Part shown: piece by piece, positions 47,600 through 56,485 of the stretch
Layout: each line of letters opens with the position of its first letter
How positions within the stretch are numbered: the stretch's first letter is position 1
NCBI GenBank assembly: GCA_965262915.1
Contig: OZ253564.1
Span: 832,001-896,000 of the forward strand
Direction of reading: 5' to 3'
DNA length: 64,000 nucleotides
DNA from: Candidatus Spongiisociaceae bacterium
Lineage (GTDB): Bacteria > Actinomycetota > Acidimicrobiia > Spongiisociales > Spongiisociaceae
Notes under the pieces: generated by a model
What the model was told of the DNA's origin: nothing
Seen by the model: only the letters and a program-made list of their open reading frames with translations
Databases searched by the model: none
Translations under genes and position numbers: made by a program

Positions 47600-49135
47600 A
47601 TGAGTGGTTACGACACGATCGTGGTGGGGGCCGGGTCGGCAGGCGCCGTCGTAGCCGCCCGGTTGAGTGAGAACCCGGCCCGGCGGGTGTTGCTGCTCGA
47701 GGCGGGCCTCGACTACCGGTCCGGCGATACCCCGTGGCACATCCGCAGTCCCAACCCGTCGGGGATCATCTCCGATCCCGACTACCACTGGCCACAGTTG
47801 GTGGCGAGGCGAACCTCGGTACAGGAGCCGTCCCTCTATTGGCGGGGCAGAGGGGTGGGAGGCAGTTCGGCCATCAACGGGCAGATCGCCATCCAGGCCA
47901 TGCCGGAGGACTACGACCGTTGGGATCTGCCCGGATGGTCGAGTGCCGACCTGCTACCGGCCATCCGCCGTATGGAGACGGATCTCGACTTCGGGGATGC
48001 GTCCTATCACGGTGATTCAGGTCCCATCCCGGTGTACCGGGCGCCCCAGGAGGAGTGGGGGGCGGTCGATCTGGCTCTGCGCGATGCCGCCCTGATGTCG
48101 GGTCATCCCTGGCATGACGACCACAACGCGCCGGGGTCCACAGGCGTGTCTCCCTACGCCATCAACAGCAGGAACGGCCGGCGGGTGACCACCAACGACG
48201 CCTATCTGGATCCGGCTCGTGACCGGTCCAACCTGACCATCAGGGGAGGGGCGCGCGCGAACCGGGTCCTGCTGTCCGGCGGGTGGGCCACAGGGGTGGA
48301 GGCGCGCCTGGGCGGGGAGACCATGGAGATCGAGGGCGCGGAGGTGATCCTGTGCGCCGGGGCCATCCACACTCCCGCCATCCTGCAACGTTCGGGGGTG
48401 GGTCCGGCAAACCTGCTCAAGTCCCTGGGGATCGAGGTGGTGGCCGATCTGCCGGTGGGCCGGGGATTGCAGGAACATCCGGCTATCTGGCTGATGCTCG
48501 GGCTGCGGGAAGGCGCCCGGGCCCGGTCACCCGACGCCCGACACACCAACTGCTGCGTACGGTACGGATCGGGGGTGGCGGGCGGCGTACCCAACGACAT
48601 GCTGCTGTTGTCGATGAACCTGAGCGGTTACGGCGACGAGGGGTTCGGGACCGGATTGCTCGAGCTGTGCGTCTTCGAGAGCAACTCCCGTGGCGAGGTC
48701 GCCATCACCGCCGCCGATCCGGAAGTCGAACCGAGCGTGGACTTCCGGATGCTCTCCGACGCCGGTGACCTGGCGCGCCTGCGGGACGGCGTACGGCGTC
48801 TCATGGAGTTGGGCGGGGCCGATCCGATCCGGGAGATCGCATCCGAGATCTGGCTCGGACCCGAGCGGATCGATGTCGATGCGACGATGGAGGATGCCGA
48901 CATCGATGCCTGGCTGCTGCGCTCCTGCCTCGACGCCCAGCACGCCGGCGGCAGTTGCCGGATGGGGCGCCCCGACGTGCTGGAGACGGTTGTTGATACG
49001 GAGTGCCGGGTGCTGGGTGTCGATCGGCTGCGGGTGGTGGACGCATCCATCATGCCGCAGGTACCAAGGGCCAACACCCACCTGCCTACCGTGACCATCG
49101 CCGAACACGCCTCATCCCTGATCAGGGCTCGATGA
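47600..49135 (+). CDS. GMC oxidoreductase (choline dehydrogenase-like)
   Basis: VGAGSAG, RGRGVGGSSAING, LCAGAIHTP, QHAGGSCRMG, RVVDASIMP, RANT. Confidence 0.93.
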   Translation: MSGYDTIVVGAGSAGAVVAARLSENPARRVLLLEAGLDYRSGDTPWHIRSPNPSGIISDPDYHWPQLVARRTSVQEPSLYWRGRGVGGSSAINGQIAIQAMPEDYDRWDLPGWSSADLLPAIRRMETDLDFGDASYHGDSGPIPVYRAPQEEWGAVDLALRDAALMSGHPWHDDHNAPGSTGVSPYAINSRNGRRVTTNDAYLDPARDRSNLTIRGGARANRVLLSGGWATGVEARLGGETMEIEGAEVILCAGAIHTPAILQRSGVGPANLLKSLGIEVVADLPVGRGLQEHPAIWLMLGLREGARARSPDARHTNCCVRYGSGVAGGVPNDMLLLSMNLSGYGDEGFGTGLLELCVFESNSRGEVAITAADPEVEPSVDFRMLSDAGDLARLRDGVRRLMELGGADPIREIASEIWLGPERIDVDATMEDADIDAWLLRSCLDAQHAGGSCRMGRPDVLETVVDTECRVLGVDRLRVVDASIMPQVPRANTHLPTVTIAEHASSLIRAR

Positions 49136-49237
49136 CACGGACCACGATCCACTCACCACTCTGCGAAACTCAGGGCTCAAGGCCGACTGCTCCTTGCACC
49201 GGCATGCTCCAGGACCGCTCCCCGAAGGACGGACCCC

Positions 49238-49702
49238 ATGATCGATCCAATCCCCGACGACCGCCCCAGAGTCTCGACGTACCTGTGCGTGGACGGTGCG
49301 GCTGAAGCCATCGGCTTCTACACGAGCGTCCTGGGGTTCACCGAGCAGCGCCGTATGGAGTTCGGCGGCCGGGTCGGCCACTGCGAGTTGGCCCTAGGGG
49401 ACTCGCTCCTGATGCTGTCCGACGAGTTTCCCGAGATGGGCGTTGTCGGCCCCAAGACGCTGGGCGGAACCCCAATGTCCATGAACGTCTACGTCGAGGA
49501 CTCCGACGCCACGTTCGCGGCTGCTATGGCAGCCGGCGCCACCGAGTTGCGTCCGGTCGAGCACCAGTTCTACGGCGACCGGTCCGGACAGTTCGAGGAT
49601 CCGTGGGGCCACCGTTGGAGCGTGACAACCCATGTTGAGGACGTGGACGACGACGAACTGGGGCGCCGGGCCGCCGCGCTGATGAGCGAGTCTGACGACT
49701 GA
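49238..49702 (+). CDS. VOC/glyoxalase (PhnB-like) protein
   Basis: YLCVDGAAEAIGFY, HCELALGDS, QFYGDRSG, DPWGHRW. Confidence 0.92.
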   Translation: MIDPIPDDRPRVSTYLCVDGAAEAIGFYTSVLGFTEQRRMEFGGRVGHCELALGDSLLMLSDEFPEMGVVGPKTLGGTPMSMNVYVEDSDATFAAAMAAGATELRPVEHQFYGDRSGQFEDPWGHRWSVTTHVEDVDDDELGRRAAALMSESDD

Positions 49703-49748
49703 AACGGAGAGTCCGGAACCGATCGGCCACGTTTCCTTAGGACGGTCG

Positions 49749-49783
49749 ACCGGCAGCCGGCAACTGACAACTGACAACTGACC
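49749..49783 (+). repeat. C/A-rich heptamer array (ACCGGCA-GCCGGCA-ACTGACA-ACTGACA-ACTGACC)
   Basis: Five degenerate 7-mers upstream of the Mo-enzyme operon. Confidence 0.75.
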
Positions 49784-49875
49784 ATGGCCACCTGCTACCG
49801 TGCCATTCGTGTTGACATCCGGATCGAAGTCCACGATCCGTCTCCCGAAAGGCGCGGTATGAGGTCGGTTCCAAC

Positions 49876-50739
49876 GTGAGATATGTCGCCCCCACATCCA
49901 TCGAGGAGGCCGTCTCGGTCCTGGAACGCGACGGTGACGCGAAGGTCTATGCGGGCGCCACGGATCTCATCCCGCAACTGCGGATGGGCCGCCCCGAACC
50001 CGATTTCGCCGTCAACCTCAAGCGGATCGGCCGGCTGTGCGATCTTCGCCTGGTCGGCGATACGTGGGTGATCGGTGCCGCTACCCCGGCGGTCCGCCTC
50101 ACCGAGGAGGCAGCGCTGGTCTCGGATCTGCCCGGCTTGGTGGAGGCCGCCGCCCTGATCGGGTCGGACCAGATCCAGAGCCGGGCCAGCCTGGGAGGCA
50201 ACCTGTGCAACGCCTCCCCGGCGGCTGACAGCGTCCCGGCCATGGTGGTCGACGACGGGCGGGCGGTGATCGCCGGACCCGACGGTACGAGGACGGTTCC
50301 GGTGGCATCGGTGGTGACCGGCCCCGGTCGGACCTCCCTGACCAGGGGTGAGTTCGTGGTGGAGTTCCAATTCGACCGGCCAGTTCCCCGGACCTCGGAT
50401 GCCTACCTGAGGTTCATACCCCGCACGGAGATGGACATCGCGGTTGTAGGCGTCGGAGTCCGCGTCTCGCTGGACGAGGCGGGTCGCTGCACCGCAGCAT
50501 CCATCGCCCTCGGAGCGGTGGCGCCTACCGTGGTCCGCGTCCCGGCCGCGGAATCCGCCCTGGTCGGGCAGACCCTCTCGGATGCGGTCCTGAGACAGGT
50601 GGCGGGTGCGGCCGCGGCCGCCTGTAACCCCATCGATGACAAGAGGGGCACCAAGGAGTACCGTCGCCAGGTCGCCGGCGTCCTCGCCGTGAGGGCCCTG
50701 AAGCTGGCGGCCGACCGGGCGACTGGGTCCCCGGTATGA
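49876..50739 (+). CDS. Xanthine dehydrogenase family FAD-binding subunit
   Basis: YVAPTSIEEA, AGATDL, QIQSRASLGGNLCNASPAAD, PIDDKRG. Confidence 0.92.
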   Translation: MRYVAPTSIEEAVSVLERDGDAKVYAGATDLIPQLRMGRPEPDFAVNLKRIGRLCDLRLVGDTWVIGAATPAVRLTEEAALVSDLPGLVEAAALIGSDQIQSRASLGGNLCNASPAADSVPAMVVDDGRAVIAGPDGTRTVPVASVVTGPGRTSLTRGEFVVEFQFDRPVPRTSDAYLRFIPRTEMDIAVVGVGVRVSLDEAGRCTAASIALGAVAPTVVRVPAAESALVGQTLSDAVLRQVAGAAAAACNPIDDKRGTKEYRRQVAGVLAVRALKLAADRATGSPV

Positions 50740-50779
50740 AGTCCCCCGTCACGACACGGAATACGACAAGGAAACAAGT

Positions 50780-51277
50780 ATGAGTAGCACCCATGTCATC
50801 TGCACGATCAACAGCGATCCGGTCGAGTTCCTGTGTCAGGGCGACCAGACGCTGCTCGATGTCCTCCGGGACGTGGTGGGGCTGACCGGGGTCAAGGAGG
50901 GTTGCGCCACGGGCGACTGTGGGGCCTGTTCGGTGATCTTCGACGGGCGGCTCACCTGCTCATGCCTGGTCCTGGCCCCCGAGGCGGACGGCGCCAAGAT
51001 TTTCACCGTCGAGGGCTTGGGGGGTCCCGACGGGCTCCATCCGCTCCAGGAGACCTTCCTCGAAGGGGCGGCCTTGCAGTGCGGCATATGCACCCCCGGA
51101 TTCCTGGTGGCAGGTAAGGCGCTGCTGGACCGTAACTCCGATCCCACCGAGGAGCAGGTGCGCTACGCCATCGCCGGAAACCTGTGCCGGTGCACCGGTT
51201 ATGACAAGATCGTGCGGTCGATTCTGGAAGCGGCTGCGGATATGAAGGAAGCTTCAGAGGTAAAGGAGAAGGTGTGA
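50780..51277 (+). CDS. Xanthine dehydrogenase family (2Fe-2S) subunit
   Basis: GCATGDCGAC, QCGICTPG, GNLCRCTGY. Confidence 0.94.
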   Translation: MSSTHVICTINSDPVEFLCQGDQTLLDVLRDVVGLTGVKEGCATGDCGACSVIFDGRLTCSCLVLAPEADGAKIFTVEGLGGPDGLHPLQETFLEGAALQCGICTPGFLVAGKALLDRNSDPTEEQVRYAIAGNLCRCTGYDKIVRSILEAAADMKEASEVKEKV

Positions 51278-53562
51278 CCACTACCGCCACCCCTACGACC
51301 ACGACCGATACCCAGCCGGGTTACAAGTGGGTGGGAACCCGGCCTGTCCGCCACGACGGCCTCGACAAGGTCACGGGGCGGGCCCGCTTCGGTGCCGACC
51401 TTTCGCTGCCCGGGATGCTTACCGGAGCGGTTCTGCGTTCGCCCCATGCCCACGCCCGGATCCGATCGATCGACACCTCGGCCGCCGTGGCCACAGAAGG
51501 TGTGAGAGCTGTCGTCACAGGGGCTGACTTCCCCATGCTGGAATCGGAGGCGGGCGAGGGCGGCGAAGCGGCAGTCGATTACCGGGACCTGTGCCGCAAC
51601 ATCATGGCCCGCGACAAGGTGCTCTATGAGGGTCACGCCTTGGCGGCGGTGGCGGCGACCTCCCGTCGGGTAGCCCTGGCGGCCGTGGCGGCCATCGAGG
51701 TCGATTACGAGGTGTTGCCCCATGTCCTCGATGTTGAAGAAGCCATGGCCCCCGACGCGCCGCTGTTGCACGAGGACATGATCACCAAGGGGATCGAACC
51801 GACGCCCGAGAAGCCTTCGAACATATCGGCCCGCTACGTGTACGACCGGGGGGATCTCGATAAGGGGTTCGCCGAGGCCGATGTGATCGTGGAGAGGGAG
51901 TTCACCACCGAGCCGGTCCATCAGGGATACATCGAGCCGCACGCAGTCGTTGCCGACACCGGGGAGGACGGCCGGGCGGTGGTGTGGTGTTCATCCCAGG
52001 GCCACTTCATGGTACGCACCCACACGGCCAAGCTGCTCGGATGGGAACCTTCCCGGGTCAAGGTGATCCCGGCCGAGATCGGAGGAGGGTTCGGGGGCAA
52101 GACCACCGTCTACGTCGAACCGGTGGCGACGCTCCTTTCGCAGAAGGCCGGGCGCCCGGTCAAGATCGTCATGTCCCGTGACGAGGTGTTCCGGGCCACC
52201 GGACCCACCTCCGGGTGCAAGATGCGCCTCAAGATGGGTGCCCGCCGGGACGGGACCTTGGTCGCTGCCGAGGGATGGTTGGCCTACCAGGCCGGGGCTT
52301 TCGCGGGCTCCCCGGTGGAGTTGGGCCTGATGTGCATGCTCACTCCGTACGACATCCCTCATTTCTTCCTCGAGGGTTTCGATGTCGTTGTCAACATGCC
52401 GAAGGTGGCCGCCTACCGGGCACCCGGAGCACCGATGGCCGCCTTCGCCTCCGAGACCGTCCTCGACGAGATTGCTCACGAACTCGGTATGGATGCTCTG
52501 GAACTGCGTCTCCGCAACGCAGTGGAGGAGGGTGTCCAATCCCTCTACGGTCCCCGCTTCCGCAAGATCGGTTACCGCGAGACGGTCGAAGCCATCAAGG
52601 ACCATCCCCATTATTCGGTGCCGCTCGGCCCCAACCAGGGAAGGGGAGTGGCCAGCGGGTTCTGGTTCAACTTCGGTTCCAGCTCGAGTGCCAGCGTTCA
52701 CATAAACGAGGACGGCGGTGCCTCGGTTATGACCGGCAGCCCGGACATTGGCGGCAGCCGGGCGTCCATGGCGCTAATGGCGGCCGAGGAACTGGGCATC
52801 GATGTCTACCGCATCAGGCCCATCGTCGCCGATACGGAGTCGATTGGGTTCACCGACGTGACCGGTGGAAGCCGGGTTACCCACGCCACCGGCATGGCGG
52901 TGATCGAAGCATGCCGCAAGGTGGTGGCCGACCTCCGGGCCAGGGCAGCCAAGATATGGGATGTCGAAGTCGACGAGGTGGAGTGGGTGGACGGCCGCGC
53001 CCAGCACGTGGAGGGCGACCGCGCTCCGCTCACCTCCGAGGATCTTGCGGAGACATCCGCCAATACCGGCGGTCCGATAACCGCCACCGCGTCGCTCAAC
53101 GCACGCGGCGCCGGGGTTGCCTTCTCGACCCAGGTGTGTGACGTCGAGGTGGATCCCGAGACGGGCGCGGTCAAGATCCTGCGGTACACGACGGCCCAGG
53201 ACGCCGGACGGGCCATCCATCCGAGCTACGTGGAGGGCCAGATGCAGGGCGGAGTCGTCCAGGGGATCGGCTGGGCGCTCAACGAGGAGTACATCTTCGA
53301 CAGCCGGGGAGTGATGGAGAACGCCGGATTCCTCGACTACCGGATGCCGGTGGCCTCGGACCTGCCGATGATCGACACCGTCATCGTGGAAGTGCCCAAC
53401 CCCGGGCATCCGTACGGCGTTCGGGGCGTGGGCGAGGTGGGAATCATCCCGCCCATGGCGGCCATCGCCAACGCCATCCACGGCGCGACCGGTCTCAGGC
53501 TAGGGGAGCTGCCGATGTCACCGGTCAAGGTGCTGGCGGCGATCGGGGCGAACGGCGGCTGA
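51274..53562 (+). CDS. Xanthine dehydrogenase family molybdopterin-binding subunit
   Basis: DKVTGRA, RSPHAHARI, GGGFGGK, AYRAPG, GGSR, EGQMQGG, GVGE. Confidence 0.94.
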   Translation: MTTTATPTTTTDTQPGYKWVGTRPVRHDGLDKVTGRARFGADLSLPGMLTGAVLRSPHAHARIRSIDTSAAVATEGVRAVVTGADFPMLESEAGEGGEAAVDYRDLCRNIMARDKVLYEGHALAAVAATSRRVALAAVAAIEVDYEVLPHVLDVEEAMAPDAPLLHEDMITKGIEPTPEKPSNISARYVYDRGDLDKGFAEADVIVEREFTTEPVHQGYIEPHAVVADTGEDGRAVVWCSSQGHFMVRTHTAKLLGWEPSRVKVIPAEIGGGFGGKTTVYVEPVATLLSQKAGRPVKIVMSRDEVFRATGPTSGCKMRLKMGARRDGTLVAAEGWLAYQAGAFAGSPVELGLMCMLTPYDIPHFFLEGFDVVVNMPKVAAYRAPGAPMAAFASETVLDEIAHELGMDALELRLRNAVEEGVQSLYGPRFRKIGYRETVEAIKDHPHYSVPLGPNQGRGVASGFWFNFGSSSSASVHINEDGGASVMTGSPDIGGSRASMALMAAEELGIDVYRIRPIVADTESIGFTDVTGGSRVTHATGMAVIEACRKVVADLRARAAKIWDVEVDEVEWVDGRAQHVEGDRAPLTSEDLAETSANTGGPITATASLNARGAGVAFSTQVCDVEVDPETGAVKILRYTTAQDAGRAIHPSYVEGQMQGGVVQGIGWALNEEYIFDSRGVMENAGFLDYRMPVASDLPMIDTVIVEVPNPGHPYGVRGVGEVGIIPPMAAIANAIHGATGLRLGELPMSPVKVLAAIGANGG

Positions 53563-53807
53563 TGGCCCGGGTCTTCCTCGCCACGGCGCTGCGGCGCTTC
53601 ACCGGAGGGATCGAGGAAGTCGAGATCCGGGCCTCCACGGTCCGGTCGCTGATCGCGGAGCTGGACCGGCGGTTTCCCGGTCTCGGGGAACACCTCGCCT
53701 CCGGTCTGGCGGTGGCTATCGACGGCGAGATCATCGCCGACGCCATCTACGAGCCGGTACCCGAGGATGCCGAGGTCCACTTCCTGCCGGCGATGGGCGG
53801 CGGATAG
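53562..53807 (+). CDS. MoaD/ThiS ubiquitin-like sulfur carrier
   Basis: 81 aa beta-grasp pattern ending in PAMGGG; translationally coupled to the Mo subunit. Confidence 0.88.
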   Translation: MARVFLATALRRFTGGIEEVEIRASTVRSLIAELDRRFPGLGEHLASGLAVAIDGEIIADAIYEPVPEDAEVHFLPAMGGG

Positions 53808-53811
53808 ACCT

Positions 53812-53958
53812 AGAGGATGCGCGGATAGCTCCTTGCCTGGGGGAACAGTGGCTGCGCGGGTTGACGAGTCCACGGCGATGACCAGGGCTTTTCCGAGCGG
53901 GAAGCCGGTTGAGTTTATCCGTGGGGGCGGCCGCTTCTAGCTATCCGCGCACGCTCCT
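53812..53958. mobile_element. MITE family B, copy 2
   Basis: CTAG-AGGATGCGCGGATAGCT...AGCTATCCGCGCACGCTC-CTAG; homologous to 35628-35772. Confidence 0.78.
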
Positions 53959-53960
53959 AG

Positions 53961-54348
53961 TGTCCTGATTCCGGGATTCGTCATAGATACCCGGGACCTG
54001 CCGACAATCCCGCCGCGCAGGCCCTGGGGGACTGAGAACGCGAAAAACGCCCGACCGGACCCTTCCGACGGGCCCGCCCCCAACCGCCACCTCCTCGGTT
54101 CCCGAACGCGTCCCGCCATCCCCTGGGAGGGGTCGGCTCCGACAACATGATCCCTGTCCCGGTCCGGTCGGTACCGCAAAACGGACCGGTGGTGTTTACG
54201 GCTACTTACCATTATGCAACGGGGGTGTGACACGTCAATCCCCTTATGGCGGCGCGGCCGGTCCGTGCGGGGGTGCTGTGAGTGGGTGGGCGTGCCGATC
54301 GTGGGACGACGCCGGTTTCTGAACACCGCGAACCAACGACTCAGGACA
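53961..54348. mobile_element. MITE family C (IS630-like ends) enclosing the 203-bp element
   Basis: Left end TGTCCTGATTCCGGGATTCG; right end reverse complement TGTCCTGAGTCGTTGGTTCG; flanked by CTAG and CCAG. Confidence 0.6.
54041..54243 (-). repeat. Conserved 203-bp non-coding element, copy 2
   Basis: Homologous to 2477-2679; the minus strand begins TTGACG-TGTCAC-N10-CATAAT. Confidence 0.6.
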
Positions 54349-54352
54349 CCAG

Positions 54353-54510
54353 TGGTCTGTCTGGAAAACAACCTGCCGTGCTCTGCTTGCCAGCGACGCC
54401 CCTCGATTCGTTCCGACTCCTCGACGTACCGCTGCGGGTATGCCTTCGTCGGCGGGCCTTGCGAGGAACGCCGCTGCCGGCGCATACCACGACGCCTCGC
54501 ATGCAGACCA
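54353..54510 (+). mobile_element. MITE family A, long copy
   Basis: TGGTCTGTCTGGAAAAC...GCAGACCA; interior matches the 40987 copy. Confidence 0.85.
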
Positions 54511-54654
54511 CCGGATAGGGCGAGTCGTCGGCACCCGTGATACCCTTCCGCGGGACGGGTCGGAACGCGTTCGCCCATTGGTTGGCGGCGCGCCCGGAGG
54601 ACACCGTCGTGGCGAGACCCGGAAACGCTACAGGACCGGGTAGAGGAGGGCTCA

Positions 54655-56358
54655 ATGTCCAGCACGGAAGGAATCCTGCAGGCACCGATCAGCAGACGAC
54701 AGTTCATGGCATACACCGGCAAGGCCGGGGTTGCGGCCATGCTCGCCAGCCCTATCGTTGCCGCGGCTTGTGGAGGGGAGACCGCCTCCGGGGTCATGCG
54801 CTTCGGGCATCTGAACATCTTCGACACGGCCAACCCTGTAGTGACCGTTTCCACCCCCGACATGCATTGGCTCGTCTACGACCGGCTGATGGAGTTCGAC
54901 GACAACCTGTCGCCCCAGCTGTCCCTGGCCACCAGCCGAGTTCTGTCGAACGGTGGCGCCACCGTCACCTACACGATCCGAGCCGGAGTGGAGTTCCACG
55001 ATGGCGAGCCCCTGACATCGGCGGATATCAAGTACTCGTTCGAGCTCTACCGGGACACCAAGAAGAGCCTCTTCGGAGGGTTTTTCGAGCCGCTCCAGAC
55101 GGTAGAGGCGCCGGATGACCTTACGGTGGTGCTCAACTTCTCGGGTCCACCCTCCCTCGACCCGAGCGTCGGGGCGCCCATCCTGCCGGCCCACATCTGG
55201 CGGGGGATGTCATCCGAGGACATCGACCTGTTCGGCAACGACGAGATGATCGGGTCGGGTGCTTTCAAGCTGAACAGCTATGTTCCCGATACGCGCCTCG
55301 AACTAGACCGCAACAGTGACTGGTGGGGTTGGGCTTCCAACGACGGTCCCAAGCCCGGCACCTTGGAAGGGATCGTCAAGGTTCAGTTGGCCAATGAGGA
55401 GACGCTCGCCAACTCGCTACGCGCCAACGAGATCGACGTGACGGGTGCGATATCGTCCCCGGACATCTGGAAAGGTTTGCAGGGGGAACCGAACATCGTC
55501 GCCGAGGAGTACCCGGCGTTGGTCCTCGACCACTTCGGGATCAACGTCTACGAGGATCCTGACAACCCGGGACAACCCCATCCTGACTCCGGCGGCAACC
55601 CGCTGCTCTTGGATCCGGTGATCCGCGAGGCGATGTCCTGGGCCATGGACCGCCAACGTCTCGTCGACCTGGTACTGGCCGGTCGGGGCCTGAAGGGATC
55701 GGTGGTCCTGCCACCCGGTCTCGGCGACTCCTTCCTGGAAATCCCGGAGGGCGAGCAGGCCAACGGCAACCCGGACCGGGCCCGCCAGATCCTGGAGGAA
55801 GCCGGCTACACCGACCGGGACGGGGACGGGGTCCGCGAGAGCCCGGATGGCCAGAAGCTGAGCTTCCGCCTGTTCGCATCCACGGTGATCGACCGACTGC
55901 CCCTATACGCGGAACTGATCAAGCCGATGCTGGAAGATATCGGCATGGAGATACAGGGTGTGTTCGGTGAGGACGACCCGACGCTGATCCAACGGGTGTT
56001 CGTCGACGCCGATTGGGACATGTACACCTGGGTGTGGCAGACCCCGCCCGACGCGACCTTCATGCTGTCGGTGCAGTCGTGCGACCAGTTCGGGAATCTC
56101 TCCGACACGTACTACTGCGACGCAGATTACGAGGCCTTGTTCAAGGCCCAGCAGACCCAAGGGGACCCGGCGACACGCCTGGCGATGGTCAAGGAGGCCC
56201 AGCAGATCTTCTACGACTCGTTCGCCTATTGCGTGATGGCCTACCCGACCAAGCTGCAGGCCTACCGGAGCGACAACCTGACCGGCTGGCCGTATGTCAA
56301 CAACGGCATCACCACCAACTGGTCCACCGAAACCTTCCTGGTCGTCAGCGAGGCTTGA
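54655..56358 (+). CDS. Peptide/nickel-type ABC transporter substrate-binding lipoprotein (family 5), Tat signal
   Basis: SD GAGGAGG; SRRQFM twin-arginine motif, AAAC lipobox, FHDGEPLTSADIKYSF, IGSGAF. Confidence 0.92.
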   Translation: MSSTEGILQAPISRRQFMAYTGKAGVAAMLASPIVAAACGGETASGVMRFGHLNIFDTANPVVTVSTPDMHWLVYDRLMEFDDNLSPQLSLATSRVLSNGGATVTYTIRAGVEFHDGEPLTSADIKYSFELYRDTKKSLFGGFFEPLQTVEAPDDLTVVLNFSGPPSLDPSVGAPILPAHIWRGMSSEDIDLFGNDEMIGSGAFKLNSYVPDTRLELDRNSDWWGWASNDGPKPGTLEGIVKVQLANEETLANSLRANEIDVTGAISSPDIWKGLQGEPNIVAEEYPALVLDHFGINVYEDPDNPGQPHPDSGGNPLLLDPVIREAMSWAMDRQRLVDLVLAGRGLKGSVVLPPGLGDSFLEIPEGEQANGNPDRARQILEEAGYTDRDGDGVRESPDGQKLSFRLFASTVIDRLPLYAELIKPMLEDIGMEIQGVFGEDDPTLIQRVFVDADWDMYTWVWQTPPDATFMLSVQSCDQFGNLSDTYYCDADYEALFKAQQTQGDPATRLAMVKEAQQIFYDSFAYCVMAYPTKLQAYRSDNLTGWPYVNNGITTNWSTETFLVVSEA

Positions 56359-56369
56359 TCACACCCGCT

Positions 56370-56440
56370 AGTGGTCTGTCTGTGAAACCGAGCTGTGGCA
56401 TGCAAGCAGGACGCGCCCAGTCGTTTGCAGACAGACCACT
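56370..56440 (-). mobile_element. MITE family A, short copy
   Basis: Perfect 13-bp TIR AGTGGTCTGTCTG; CTAG at the left; same deletion junction as the 40915 copy. Confidence 0.85.
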
Positions 56441-56485
56441 TGGTAGACCCGGTTCAGGAGGTGACCCGGAAAGGCGGACGCGAGC

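Noticed and set aside
49790-49875. Moco riboswitch upstream of the Mo enzyme
   Set aside because: Only a small CC-GAAA-GG loop is visible; the multi-stem consensus cannot be built by eye. An Rfam/Infernal scan would settle it.
51274-53562. Aerobic CO dehydrogenase (coxL)
   Set aside because: The active-site loop is AYRAPG, not AYxCSFR (form I) or AYxGAGR (form II).
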